A stretch of DNA of 64,000 nt from Vulcanimicrobiota bacterium. GTDB lineage: Bacteria; Vulcanimicrobiota; Vulcanimicrobiia; Eremiobacterales; Eremiobacteraceae. The notes below the pieces were generated by a model. The model was not told the origin of the DNA and searched no databases. It was given only the letters and a program-made list of their open reading frames with translations. The stretch covers positions 768,001-832,000 of the forward strand of contig CAWETU010000001.1 of assembly GCA_963812135.1 (NCBI GenBank), given 5' to 3'. Below, in pieces: positions 40,353-50,127 of the stretch. The number at the start of each line of letters is the position of its first letter. Within the stretch, counting starts at the first letter, position 1. The position numbers and the translations under genes are program-made.

Positions 40353-42697
40353 TAGATCCTGATTTGTTTGAGATAGGTCGCGAGGATGCGGTTGAATTCT
40401 TCGGGTTCGACCGCGTCAGCCGTGCGGAAATCCAACTTCGCCGACGCCTGAGCGCCCGGCCCGTTGGCGGGATTCACGGCCGTGATACTGACCTGAGGTA
40501 AGGTCGCGCGCCACGGTCGCACGTCGGGCGTTTGGGAGAAGACACCGCTAAGCGGCGTCGCCGAAGCGTCGAACATGCTCATCGACGGTAGTCCGAGCGC
40601 GAGCTCGATCGTGCGCAGCACGCTCGACGTCGTGTAATGGGTGTGGTCGACCGCCCCGCGATTGACATATGCCGAGACGACGAGCGCCTCGATGCGCTGA
40701 TTGCTCACGTGATCCGGGCCTGCCTGAGCGTCATCCTCGATGCTGACGAGCAGCGTGTCCTTCCAATACCGGCTGTGGCTCAACGCCTCCACCATCCGGC
40801 CAAGCGCGTAATCGTTGTCGGCGATCATCGCGTAGGGCGTGCGCGCGCCGGGTTTCATCGCAGCCGTGTGATCGCTGGGCAGCCAGATCACTTCGAGCTG
40901 CGGCAGTTCACCATTGGCCTCGAACTGGCGGAATTCGCGCAACCACTCGACGATGCGATCTTGGTCCGAATACGACACATCGAAAGGCCGGTAGGCGACA
41001 TCGAGCAACGCGTCGATTGAAGGCTGCACGCCACGCGCGGGCGAGCTCTCGGAGACCGCTCCCTCACCATAGAGGCGGACGTTGACGCCGTGCTTGACGG
41101 CCACGTCCCAGATGTAGCCCGCGCTCGGCCGTAAGATCGGGTTCGAGAAATCGTAGAAACCGCCGTCGCGTCCGGCGTACGACGCGGGCCACATGCGCTG
41201 CACGTAATCGCTTGCATACGCGCCGTCAGCCCACTCATGACCGTCGGCGCTCACCGTTCCCTCGCCGTCAAAATTATCGAGCAGCACGAATTCGTCGGCG
41301 AGACGATGGATGTTGGGCGTGATGCGCTGTCCGAAGATCGCAAGCGACGCCTGGCCGTTGCCACGCGTGTCGTCACCGAGCACCTCGTCGTACGTGCGGT
41401 TCTCTTTGATGACGTAGATAACGTGTTTGAACGGCGGCAGCGCCGCGGGCGACTGCGGTTGCGGACTGAATGGTGAGTTGGCGCGCGCGATGGCGAGCCC
41501 ACCGGCGAGCGCGCTGCGCGAAAGCGACGTGACGGTCTCGAGGTCGCCGTTGGCGGTATTCGGCGCGTAGTACGTCGAGTTGCGCTGGCCCGGCGGCGTC
41601 ACCGACGAATGCATGAAATCCGGATTGGCGTGCCCCGAGAGTCCTTTGCCGTCGAGCACGTATAAGCGCTTGCCATCCTTGCTCTGCGCGACATCGGTCG
41701 GATACCAGCCCACCGGCACCGCGCCGAACACGAGTGGCGCAGTGCTGGAGACATCGATTGCGACCACGGCATTGGCATCCGCGTCGGCGACGAACAGCGT
41801 GCGGCCGTCGGCGGACATCGTCAGGCCGCTCGGCGTTGCGCCTTCGGGCGATCCCGGGTACAGCCCGACATCGATCTTGCCGCGCAACCGGTCGGTGAGC
41901 GTGTCGATCACGTCGACGGTGTTCTCGTTCGCGCACGCGACGTACAACGTACGCCCGTCGTTGCCCATCAGCAAGGCGCTCGGATGGTCGTCGGTGTTGA
42001 TCGTCGAGACGACGGCTCCGCTGCTCGAGTCGACGACGCTGACTGAGGCAGCGCCCCAATTCGAGACGTAAACGCGCGCGCCGCTGCTCGACAGCGCCAC
42101 GCCGTAGGGCGTGTTTCCGACGTGCGCGGCGAACAGCGTCGTGCTGCTGCGGGTGTTGACCGCGACGAGCGCGTCAGCTCCCGCCACCGCCGCGAAGACG
42201 GTCGAGCTGTCGAGCGACACCGCGAGACCATTGACCCAGATCTTGCCCGAGCCTAACGGCAAAAAGCTACGATCGCCGAGCTTGCCGGTCGACTGATCGA
42301 ATGCGAAACGCGTGATACCGCCGTCATTCGCGGCCGATGCGTACAGCGCATCGCCGCTCGGCGAGAACGCCAGGCCGTAAAACGTATGGGCGATCGATTG
42401 CTGATCGACGATTTTGCCCGTCTCTTGGTTCACGACGTCGATCGAGAGATCGCCAAAGCCCGCGTTTGAGATCGCGAGCCAGTGCCCGTTCTGGTCTTGC
42501 GCGAGCCGCAGCGGCAGGGTGCCGAGCGGCAGGATCGTCGATCCCGCCGGCGTGACGTGCCAGCCGTTTGGAAGGACCGCCACCAAGGCGGCACGCGGCG
42601 CCGAGACTGTGCCCAAAGCACACGCTAGAGCGGCGAGCGCGAACGCAAGGACGGCAAGCCCGATGCGCTGCGTGCGGACAACCATCGGCAACCTCAT
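40352..42697 (-). CDS. Secreted YVTN/YncE beta-propeller + phosphoesterase (alkaline phosphatase superfamily) protein
   Basis: LPNGW..TPAG, YVSNWG, VGWYP, HVIYVIKENRTYD, SADGHEW, EDDAQAGPDHV; start approximate (or 42685). Confidence 0.88.
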   Translation of the reverse strand: MRLPMVVRTQRIGLAVLAFALAALACALGTVSAPRAALVAVLPNGWHVTPAGSTILPLGTLPLRLAQDQNGHWLAISNAGFGDLSIDVVNQETGKIVDQQSIAHTFYGLAFSPSGDALYASAANDGGITRFAFDQSTGKLGDRSFLPLGSGKIWVNGLAVSLDSSTVFAAVAGADALVAVNTRSSTTLFAAHVGNTPYGVALSSSGARVYVSNWGAASVSVVDSSSGAVVSTINTDDHPSALLMGNDGRTLYVACANENTVDVIDTLTDRLRGKIDVGLYPGSPEGATPSGLTMSADGRTLFVADADANAVVAIDVSSTAPLVFGAVPVGWYPTDVAQSKDGKRLYVLDGKGLSGHANPDFMHSSVTPPGQRNSTYYAPNTANGDLETVTSLSRSALAGGLAIARANSPFSPQPQSPAALPPFKHVIYVIKENRTYDEVLGDDTRGNGQASLAIFGQRITPNIHRLADEFVLLDNFDGEGTVSADGHEWADGAYASDYVQRMWPASYAGRDGGFYDFSNPILRPSAGYIWDVAVKHGVNVRLYGEGAVSESSPARGVQPSIDALLDVAYRPFDVSYSDQDRIVEWLREFRQFEANGELPQLEVIWLPSDHTAAMKPGARTPYAMIADNDYALGRMVEALSHSRYWKDTLLVSIEDDAQAGPDHVSNQRIEALVVSAYVNRGAVDHTHYTTSSVLRTIELALGLPSMSMFDASATPLSGVFSQTPDVRPWRATLPQVSITAVNPANGPGAQASAKLDFRTADAVEPEEFNRILATYLKQIRI

Positions 42698-42785
42698 ATT
42701 AACTGAAGACATTAGCGGCAAGGCGCTGACGCCGCTAGCTTTTTGGGGCGCAGGTGGCGATGCCTGCCGTTCGAACGAAGCAGCG

Positions 42786-44075
42786 ATGGCCCACACAACC
42801 GGCGCCGCGTCCCACCGGATCGTGATCCTCGGCGGAGGATTCGGCGGTCTCTATGCGGCGATGGCGTTGCAACGCGCGGCGCGCCATCGGCCCGACATCG
42901 ACATCACGTTGATCGCGCGCGAAAATTTCTTCTTGTTCACGCCGATGCTGCCCCAGGCGGCCACGAGCAGCATCGACACCAACCACGTCGCGGTGAGTCT
43001 CCGCCGCGTGCTGCCGAGGGTACGAGTCTTGGAGGCGGAGATCGACGCGATCGACTTGGCGGCGCACACGGTGGCGATCACGCATGGCGACGGCCATCCG
43101 CATAGCGTAGGTTGGGACCAACTCGTGATCGCGGTCGGCGGCGACCCGAATTTCTTCGGCCTACCCGGGGTCGCCGAGTATGCGCTGACGATCCGCACGC
43201 TCGTGGACGCGGTCGTGCTGCGCAACCGCGTCATCGACATGCTCGAACAAGCCGAGCTCGAAGACGATCCAGCAGTGCGCAAGCGCCTGCTGACCGTCGT
43301 CGTCGCGGGCGCCGGGTTCGCCGGGATCGAGACCGCTGCGGAGATGGACCTGTACATGCGCACGGCGGCGAAGACGTATCGCAACGTCAAGCCGTCGGAA
43401 GTCACGACGATCGTGCTCGACTTGCGCAACAGCATCTTGCCCGAGCTGTCGCCGCAGCTGGGTATGTGGACGCAGCGCGCGCTCGAGAAGCGCGGCGTGC
43501 AATTCCGGCTGGGCATCGGCGTGAAATCCGCCGACGCGCAGGGCGTCACATTGGCGGATGGCACGCGCATCGATACGCAGGTGTTCGTCTGGGCGGGTGG
43601 CGTTTCGGCAAATCCGCTCGTGGCCGCGCTGCCATGGGCGACCGAACACGGCCGAGTGCCGGTCGACCCGAATCTGGCTGTTCCCGGCTACCCTGGCGTG
43701 TGGGCAGTGGGCGACGCGGCGGTCGTGACGCCGCCCGGTGGCGGGCCCCCGTATCCGCCGACCGCGCAACACGCGCTGCGCGAGGGCATACACGTCGCCC
43801 GCAACGTGATGGCGGCGATCGATGGGAAACCGCTGCGGCCGTTCGCCTATACCACCATTGGCCAGATGGCGCATCTGGGCGAGCGCCAAGCGGTGGTCAT
43901 GCTCGGCGGCCTGAAGATATCGGGGTTCCCGGCGTGGTGGCTGTGGCGCACGTACTACTTGTTCCGCATCCCGACGCTGGAGCGCAAGATACGTGTCGCC
44001 ATCGACTGGACGCTGGACCTGCTCTTCTCGCGCGATACCGTGCAGATGAAGCTGCCACCTGGAAAAAGCGGATAG
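42786..44075 (+). CDS. ndh: Type II NADH dehydrogenase (FAD-dependent)
   Basis: IVILGGGFGG, LFTPMLPQ, GAGFAGIE, WAVGD, PPTAQHA. Confidence 0.9.
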   Translation: MAHTTGAASHRIVILGGGFGGLYAAMALQRAARHRPDIDITLIARENFFLFTPMLPQAATSSIDTNHVAVSLRRVLPRVRVLEAEIDAIDLAAHTVAITHGDGHPHSVGWDQLVIAVGGDPNFFGLPGVAEYALTIRTLVDAVVLRNRVIDMLEQAELEDDPAVRKRLLTVVVAGAGFAGIETAAEMDLYMRTAAKTYRNVKPSEVTTIVLDLRNSILPELSPQLGMWTQRALEKRGVQFRLGIGVKSADAQGVTLADGTRIDTQVFVWAGGVSANPLVAALPWATEHGRVPVDPNLAVPGYPGVWAVGDAAVVTPPGGGPPYPPTAQHALREGIHVARNVMAAIDGKPLRPFAYTTIGQMAHLGERQAVVMLGGLKISGFPAWWLWRTYYLFRIPTLERKIRVAIDWTLDLLFSRDTVQMKLPPGKSG

Positions 44076-44077
44076 AT

Positions 44078-44938
44078 ATGGGACGCCGGGTCGACTACGA
44101 TAAGGGCATCATGAAGAACAACAACGATGTCGTCGTCGTGCAGCGCGCGTGCCGCGTCCTTGAATCGGATTTCGAAGCGATGCCCACGCTGCGCCAGCTG
44201 GCCAACGAACTCGGCGTGCCGCCGGCGCGCTTGCACCGTGCGTTCAAGCGGATCGCGGGCGTATCGCCTCGCCAATACGGCCAAGAACAGCGCCTCGCAA
44301 AACTCAAAGCTCGCTTGCGCGATGGCGAACCGGTCAGCCGCGCGATCTACGACGCGGGCTTCGGTTCGAGTCGCAGTGTGTACGAGCGGGCGCGCGAAGA
44401 TTTTGGGATGACGCCGGCGCTGTATCGGCGCGGCGGTGATGGGATGCGTATCGGCTACGAGATCGTGTCGTCGCCGCTCGGACGTCTGCTGGTCGGCGCG
44501 ACCGACACGGGCGTCAGCTCCGTGTGCATCGGCGATTCGGACCGCGCGCTCGAGCGCGCGCTGCGCGACGAGTATCCCGCGGCGAGCATCGAGCGCGGCG
44601 GACCGAACCTGAAGCGATTCGTCGAAGCGATCATCGACTATCTCAAGGGCGATCAACCGCACCTCGATCTGCCGATCGACATCCAGGCGACCGCGTTCCG
44701 GCGCCGCGTGTGGCAGGCCTTGCGCGACATCCCGTACGGTCAGACGCGGACATACGGCCAGATCGCAACGGCGATCGGCGAACCGAAGGCGGCGCGTGCT
44801 GTCGGCCAGGCGTGCGGTGCGAACCCCGTCGCGCTGGTGATCCCGTGCCACCGCGCGGTGCGCGGGGATGGCGCGAGCGGTGGCTATCGCTGGGGTCCGA
44901 AGCGCAAGCAGAAACTGCTCGCGCAAGAGCGCGCCTGA
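44078..44938 (+). CDS. Ada-like AraC HTH + O6-methylguanine-DNA methyltransferase lacking the Ada Zn domain
   Basis: LHRAFKRIAGVSPRQY, AIYDAGFGSS, TAFRRRVWQAL, IPCHRAV active site. Confidence 0.9.
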   Translation: MGRRVDYDKGIMKNNNDVVVVQRACRVLESDFEAMPTLRQLANELGVPPARLHRAFKRIAGVSPRQYGQEQRLAKLKARLRDGEPVSRAIYDAGFGSSRSVYERAREDFGMTPALYRRGGDGMRIGYEIVSSPLGRLLVGATDTGVSSVCIGDSDRALERALRDEYPAASIERGGPNLKRFVEAIIDYLKGDQPHLDLPIDIQATAFRRRVWQALRDIPYGQTRTYGQIATAIGEPKAARAVGQACGANPVALVIPCHRAVRGDGASGGYRWGPKRKQKLLAQERA

Positions 44939-44944
44939 CGCAAA

Positions 44945-44974
44945 CGTAGGACCCGGCTTCGCTCGGGTCCTACG
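44945..44974. terminator. GTAG-starting hairpin between convergent genes (REP-like or bidirectional terminator)
   Basis: CGTAGGACCCG-GCTTCGCT-CGGGTCCTACG. Confidence 0.65.
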
Positions 44975-45364
44975 CTATTCAGGCCAGTTGCCTGACTTGA
45001 TCCGCGGCAGCCCTTTGACATCGCGATTATAGAGATAGACCCACGCCGATATCGTCGTGGCTTCTTTATCAAGCACCGCCTGCTTCACGACACGGACGTA
45101 CAGGCTGTTTTCAGGATTCTGCGGATCGTATTCCTCGATCTCGTCGAGCAGCTCGAGCGCGACCGCGATGTCTGGAAAGCGGTAGAGCTCGCCGTGGACG
45201 CTGCCATCGCCATCCACCATGCCTGGATACTCGCCGACCGAGTAGAGCGCGCCGCGCACGGTCGCATCGCCGATAAAGGTTCCTTGCGCGCAGTAATGGT
45301 TCAGCGCGAAACCCCGTTTCAGCAAACCGTAGACGAAGACGCAATCGCCGCCGTCGCCGGACAT
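44975..45364 (-). CDS. Gamma-glutamylcyclotransferase (AIG2/YtfP-like)
   Basis: VFVYGLLKRG, YPG, VHGELY, LDEIEEY, AWVYLY. Confidence 0.88.
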   Translation of the reverse strand: MSGDGGDCVFVYGLLKRGFALNHYCAQGTFIGDATVRGALYSVGEYPGMVDGDGSVHGELYRFPDIAVALELLDEIEEYDPQNPENSLYVRVVKQAVLDKEATTISAWVYLYNRDVKGLPRIKSGNWPE

Positions 45365-45437
45365 TCCAGCCAAGGAAGCACCCTCCCGTGCACGAAGCCA
45401 GGCATAACCTGCTACGGAGTTCTTTCACCCGCCTGCC

Positions 45438-46487
45438 ATGATCATCCGCGCCGACCGCCTCACTAAGCAATTCAAAACCCTGCGCCGCAAGGAGGGCGCG
45501 CTTGGCGCGCTCGCGACGCTGTTCTCGCGCGACTACGAGGTCAAAGACGCGGTCCGCGACGTCAGCTTCGAACTCGACAAGGGCGAGCTCGTGGGTTACA
45601 TCGGCCCCAACGGCGCCGGCAAGTCCACCACGATCAAGATGCTCACCGGGATCCTCGTGCCTACCAGCGGCGCGTGCACGGTCAATGGCATCGTGCCATG
45701 GGCTGATCGCCAAGGCAACGGCAAACAGATCGGCGTCGTCTTCGGACAACGCACGCAACTGTATTGGGATCTGCCGCTGATCGAGTCGTTCCGACTGCTG
45801 CGCGCCATCTACGATATTCCCGCGCCGATGTACGAACGCAATCTCAAAGAGTTCACCGAACTGCTCGGCCTCGACGAATTCATCCGTACGCCGGTGCGCC
45901 AGCTGAGTCTCGGCCAGCGCATGCGCGGCGATTTCGCGGCCGCCATGCTCCACGAACCCAAAGTCGTGTTCCTCGACGAGCCGACGATCGGCCTGGACGT
46001 CGTCGCGAAGGAGAACATCCGCCAGTTCATCGCGCGCGTCAACCGCGAGCGCGGCACGACGTTCATCCTCACGACCCACGACCTCGCCGACATCGAGAAA
46101 CTGTGCGCCCGCATCATCCTCATCGACCACGGCCACAAGCTGTACGACGGCAGCGTCGAGACGATCAAGCAGCGCTACGGCCGCAATCGCACGCTCACCG
46201 CCGATTTGGCGTGCGAGAACTGCGACGGCATCCAGATCTCGATCCGCGGCGCGACCGTCGTGGCGCGCGAGGGCCCGCGCATCGTCATCGAATTCAACCG
46301 CGATGTCGTGCGCGCCGATGAGCTGGTCGTCGAATTGACCAAGTATGCAGAGCTCGTCGACGTCACCATCGCCGAACCGCCGCTCGAGACGATCATCCGC
46401 GGCATCTATCAACACGGTTTCGAGCCCGGCGAAGGCGGCGCGCCGCCGGACTTCGCCCTGCCGAGCGAGATCAAGGTAGCGCCATGA
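45438..46487 (+). CDS. ABC transporter ATP-binding protein
   Basis: GPNGAGKST, LSLGQRMR, FLDEPTIGLD. Confidence 0.93.
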   Translation: MIIRADRLTKQFKTLRRKEGALGALATLFSRDYEVKDAVRDVSFELDKGELVGYIGPNGAGKSTTIKMLTGILVPTSGACTVNGIVPWADRQGNGKQIGVVFGQRTQLYWDLPLIESFRLLRAIYDIPAPMYERNLKEFTELLGLDEFIRTPVRQLSLGQRMRGDFAAAMLHEPKVVFLDEPTIGLDVVAKENIRQFIARVNRERGTTFILTTHDLADIEKLCARIILIDHGHKLYDGSVETIKQRYGRNRTLTADLACENCDGIQISIRGATVVAREGPRIVIEFNRDVVRADELVVELTKYAELVDVTIAEPPLETIIRGIYQHGFEPGEGGAPPDFALPSEIKVAP

Positions 46488-47569
46488 GCGGATCGCCGCG
46501 CTTGCGCGAATTGCTGCTCGTCGTGGCGCTGTGCATCGCTGCGGCGCTGCCCGCCTCCGGCGCGGCTGAGATCGGCAGCGAAGCCGGCGTGCAAGTCGAT
46601 CTCAACAAGGGCGTGTGGGTGCACGGCCCCGATCTTCCGTCGGCGCGCCAAGACGCCGCCGTCGCCGTGATGGGCGGGCGCATCTACGTCGCTGGCGGTT
46701 TCGGTCCGCACGATGAACAGATGGCGACCTTGCTGGTGCTCGAGCCGACCTTTCCATCACCCGAGGCCAGACCCGATGTCGCGGGCCCGATCATCTCGCG
46801 GCCGGGTGAATGGCATGCCGCGGCCACAATGCCCGAGCCGGTGGATCACGCGGCTGCCGCAGGCATGGGCGGATATCTCTACGTCGCAGGCGGCCGGATC
46901 GAAGATCTGGTCACGAACAAGTTCTGGCGCTACGATCCGATCGAAGATGTGTGGACTGAGATGCCGTCGATGCCGTACCCGCGTTACGGCCCGATGCTGC
47001 AGGCGGTCGGCGGGAAGCTCTATCTCTTGGGCGGGCAGTCGTCGCACGGTAACGATGAGACGAGTCTGATGATCTTCGACCCTGCGACCAATCAGTGGCG
47101 TTCGGAAGAGTACGCGCTCGGCAACGAGCGTTTCATGGCGGCATCGATCGTCCTCAACAACAAGATCTATGTCGTCGGCGGCCGCGGACGCGAAGAAGTC
47201 AACTATCGCTCTTGCGATATCTACGATCCGGCGCATGACCGCTGGAGCACGTGCAGCAGCCTTCACGAAGGACGCTCCGACTTCGGCCTGGCGGTCGTCA
47301 ACAGCCGGCTGATGGCGATCGGCGGCGAGAATGTGCTCAACGACACCAACACGCAGACGACCGAGATTTCCGCGACGGACGGCACCGGCTGGATGAGCGG
47401 CCCCTGGCTCCCGAGCCCGCGCCACGGCATGGCGGTGGCCACGCTCGGCAATCAGATCTGGGTGATCGGCGGTTCGCCCTACATCGGCACCGGCCCGACG
47501 CCGACCGTGTTGCGCTACGTCAGCCCCGTCACGAAGATCAAATTCAAAGGGCGCGTCCCCGCGCACTGA
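46484..47569 (+). CDS. Secreted Kelch-repeat protein
   Basis: Signal peptide; repeats IYVAGG, LYVAGG, LYLLGG, IYVVGG, LMAIGG, IWVIGG. Confidence 0.88.
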   Translation: MSGSPRLRELLLVVALCIAAALPASGAAEIGSEAGVQVDLNKGVWVHGPDLPSARQDAAVAVMGGRIYVAGGFGPHDEQMATLLVLEPTFPSPEARPDVAGPIISRPGEWHAAATMPEPVDHAAAAGMGGYLYVAGGRIEDLVTNKFWRYDPIEDVWTEMPSMPYPRYGPMLQAVGGKLYLLGGQSSHGNDETSLMIFDPATNQWRSEEYALGNERFMAASIVLNNKIYVVGGRGREEVNYRSCDIYDPAHDRWSTCSSLHEGRSDFGLAVVNSRLMAIGGENVLNDTNTQTTEISATDGTGWMSGPWLPSPRHGMAVATLGNQIWVIGGSPYIGTGPTPTVLRYVSPVTKIKFKGRVPAH

Positions 47570-48378
47570 TGGCACGCGCGGCCTACGTCGAGTTCGCGAA
47601 GGTCGCATTTTCCCGGGAAGCGACGTACCGCGAAGAGGTCTTCACGCACATCGGCTCGATCGCGCTGCGCGTCTATCTGTTCTACGCGCTGTGGAGCGCG
47701 CTGTACGCGAACAACGGGCCGAGCCAAGGGTTCTCGTTTCAAGACATCATCACGTACGCGACGCTGTCGCTGCTCATCGGGCTGATCTACAACGTCCAAG
47801 GCCCCTACGTGGTGCGCGAGAAGATCCGCGAAGGCAACATCGCGATCGACCTCATGCGACCGATCAGCGTGCCGTGGTACGTCTTCGCCGACACGGTCGG
47901 CCAAGCCGGGTTCGCGCTTGCGCAGATCATCGTGGCGTTGCCGATCGCGATCGGCTTGCTCGCGCTCACCGGCACGCACTTGAGCCTGCCGCCGTCGCCG
48001 CTGATGGCGCTCGCCTTTCTCGTGAGCGTCATCCTCGGCTTTCTCGTCAACTTCTTCCTCGATCTGCTGATGGCGACCATCACGTTCTGGACGATGGAGA
48101 TCTTCGGCTTCCAGCTGATGGTGCAATTCATCACCTCGCTGCTCGCGGGAGCGTACGTACCGATCCAATTCTTCCCGGATTGGATCAAGCCGTTTGCGCT
48201 CGCGTCGCCCTTTGCGGCCATCTACAACGCGCCATTGTCGATTTACCTCGGCAAGTATCAGGGACAGGAGCTGCTGGCGACACTGGGCTTGCAAGTCTTC
48301 TGGGTCATCATCTTCGCCGTCGGTTCGCTTGCGCTGTGGCGCGTGGGCGAGCGGCGCGTGCTGGTGCAAGGTGGCTAG
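47569..48378 (+). CDS. ABC-2 type permease (DUF990-like)
   Basis: IREGNIAIDLMRP, LLAGAYVPIQFFP, ends LVQGG. Confidence 0.88.
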   Translation: MARAAYVEFAKVAFSREATYREEVFTHIGSIALRVYLFYALWSALYANNGPSQGFSFQDIITYATLSLLIGLIYNVQGPYVVREKIREGNIAIDLMRPISVPWYVFADTVGQAGFALAQIIVALPIAIGLLALTGTHLSLPPSPLMALAFLVSVILGFLVNFFLDLLMATITFWTMEIFGFQLMVQFITSLLAGAYVPIQFFPDWIKPFALASPFAAIYNAPLSIYLGKYQGQELLATLGLQVFWVIIFAVGSLALWRVGERRVLVQGG

Positions 48379-49186
48379 CCTCGCGCCGTACTGGCGCACG
48401 TACAAAGAGTTCTGGCGCCTCAACTTCCTGACGTTGGCCGAATACCGCGCCAATTTCTTCGTCTGGCTCGTCTTCACGCTCGTGCTGCACGGCTCGGCGG
48501 TCGCCACGATCTGGTTGACGATGCAGCGCTTTCCGAGCATGAACGGCTGGACGTGGCAGCAAGTCGTTTTTCTGTACGCGCTCTACTGGCTCGCATCGTC
48601 GCTCAACGGCACGTTTTTCTTCACCATCGGCGACGTGCCGTATCACATCCGCGAAGGTAGATTCGACCGTTTCCTGGTGAGGCCGCTCGACCCGCTCTTC
48701 CAAATCATCTCGCAGCCGGGCCAGATCTGGCCGGACGAACTCGTCGTCGCGATCATCTTCTTCGCCGTCGTGCAAGGCCTGGTGCACGTCCAATGGACGC
48801 TCGCAACCGTCGTGTTGCTGCTCGGCGCGATGATCGGCGGCGCGTTGATCGACTTCGCGATCCAGCTCGCCGTCGCGACGCTCGCGTTCTGGGTGATCCG
48901 GCTCGACACGCTGCGCTGGGTCGTCATGTCGCTCGAGACCGATTTCACACGCTATCCGCTGTCGATCTACAATCGCGGCGTGCGCTTCGTGCTCTCGTTC
49001 ATCTTCCCGTTCGCCTTCATCAACTATTTCCCGGCGGCGACGGTGCTTCACAAAAGCGTCGAGGGACAATACCACATCAATCCGGTGTTCGGATGGCTCA
49101 CGCCGCTTGTCGGGCTGGTCTGGTTCGGCGCGGCGTACTTGTTCTGGCGGCGCGGACTGGACCATCACCAGAGCACCGGCTCATGA
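48371..49186 (+). CDS. ABC-2 type permease (DUF990-like)
   Basis: EYRANF, GRFDRFLVRP, YPLSIY, ends QSTGS. Confidence 0.88.
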   Translation: MASLAPYWRTYKEFWRLNFLTLAEYRANFFVWLVFTLVLHGSAVATIWLTMQRFPSMNGWTWQQVVFLYALYWLASSLNGTFFFTIGDVPYHIREGRFDRFLVRPLDPLFQIISQPGQIWPDELVVAIIFFAVVQGLVHVQWTLATVVLLLGAMIGGALIDFAIQLAVATLAFWVIRLDTLRWVVMSLETDFTRYPLSIYNRGVRFVLSFIFPFAFINYFPAATVLHKSVEGQYHINPVFGWLTPLVGLVWFGAAYLFWRRGLDHHQSTGS

Positions 49187-49199
49187 GCTATGCGCGGCG

Positions 49200-49406
49200 C
49201 TAGGCGCGGAACCGATCCATCAGCCGGCGGAAGTAGCTCTGCCGGGGTGACTCGCCGCTTTGGGGCCACAATGTGAGCCCGCACATGAAGCATGCGAACT
49301 CGCACTCGCTATATCCGAGGATAGGATAGGCGTAGCGCCGGCGCTCCATCCCGGGCGCGCGGCATTTGGGGCAATGGCTGAGTGCGATGGTAAGGTCGGC
49401 GATCAC
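49200..49406 (-). CDS. Small zinc-ribbon-like protein
   Basis: CPKC...CFMC pair in 68 aa. Confidence 0.45.
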   Translation of the reverse strand: MIADLTIALSHCPKCRAPGMERRRYAYPILGYSECEFACFMCGLTLWPQSGESPRQSYFRRLMDRFRA

Positions 49407-49481
49407 GGCCGCACACTACAAGCGACACGAGTGTGATTCCTTGGAAAATGAGCCGGATGCCATCGCGAAGAACGGACGCCT

Positions 49482-49904
49482 ATGGATTTGACCAAAGGAT
49501 TCCCGCGTAGTCCACGCGAGAAGCTTGGTGGCATTGCTATGTTTCCGCGCACGATCGACAAAGCGCGCGCGCACATGGCAGGCACATTGGGTGAATATAT
49601 CTACGACTGTCCGATGGATCGCGAACTGTTCGAAACGCTCGGCTGCAACGCGGAAGAGTTCGAACAAGCGGTGCGCGTGTCCGCAACCGACGGCGAAGTG
49701 CTCGATCTGCTGGTCCAAAAGCGCATCCCGGACGACAAGCTCGCCTCACATAACAATCGTATCAATACTTGGACGCCCTCCACGCCGGATGGCTGGGACC
49801 GTTTCAAGGCAGAACTGCAGACGATCGGCGGCGGCAACCCCAAGATCAAGTCTCGCACGGACTTGATCGACTTCGAAGAGGGACGATTCCCGGGCGCGAC
49901 GTGA
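49482..49904 (+). CDS. DUF5069 family protein
   Basis: PRSPREKLGG...PRTIDKARA...GEYIYDCPMD, DFEEGR. Confidence 0.8.
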   Translation: MDLTKGFPRSPREKLGGIAMFPRTIDKARAHMAGTLGEYIYDCPMDRELFETLGCNAEEFEQAVRVSATDGEVLDLLVQKRIPDDKLASHNNRINTWTPSTPDGWDRFKAELQTIGGGNPKIKSRTDLIDFEEGRFPGAT

Positions 49905-49997
49905 CCCGTGAGCACATCCTTTGAAAATATGACTCAGACGAAGCGCGATCCGCCCGCGCCCTTGACGCCTGCCATATTTCGCGTGATGGTGTGGCTC

Positions 49998-50110
49998 AAG
50001 AGGGCCGAGTTAGCGGCCTGTGGGGAGGGGCGCCGGGTTGCCGGACCTCAAAGATCCACGAAGCGCACTAGCGCCGGGGCGGACCCGGTCCACGCGGCTT
50101 CGGCTGCGTG
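49998..50110 (+). ncRNA. Candidate structured 5' leader RNA upstream of tnaA (family not identified)
   Basis: Hairpins GGCCG/CGGCC, a multi-branch stem closed by CCGGGT/ACCCGG, and a C-UUCG-G hairpin; TTGACG at 49962. Confidence 0.3.
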
Positions 50111-50127
50111 AGGGTGCACGCAACGAG

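Noticed and set aside
49908..50111. TnaC-like leader peptide or tRNA-Sec upstream of tnaA
   Set aside because: The ORF lacks the TnaC W-x3-D...P-stop pattern and a clear SD; no T-loop GTTCGA or acceptor stem for a tRNA.
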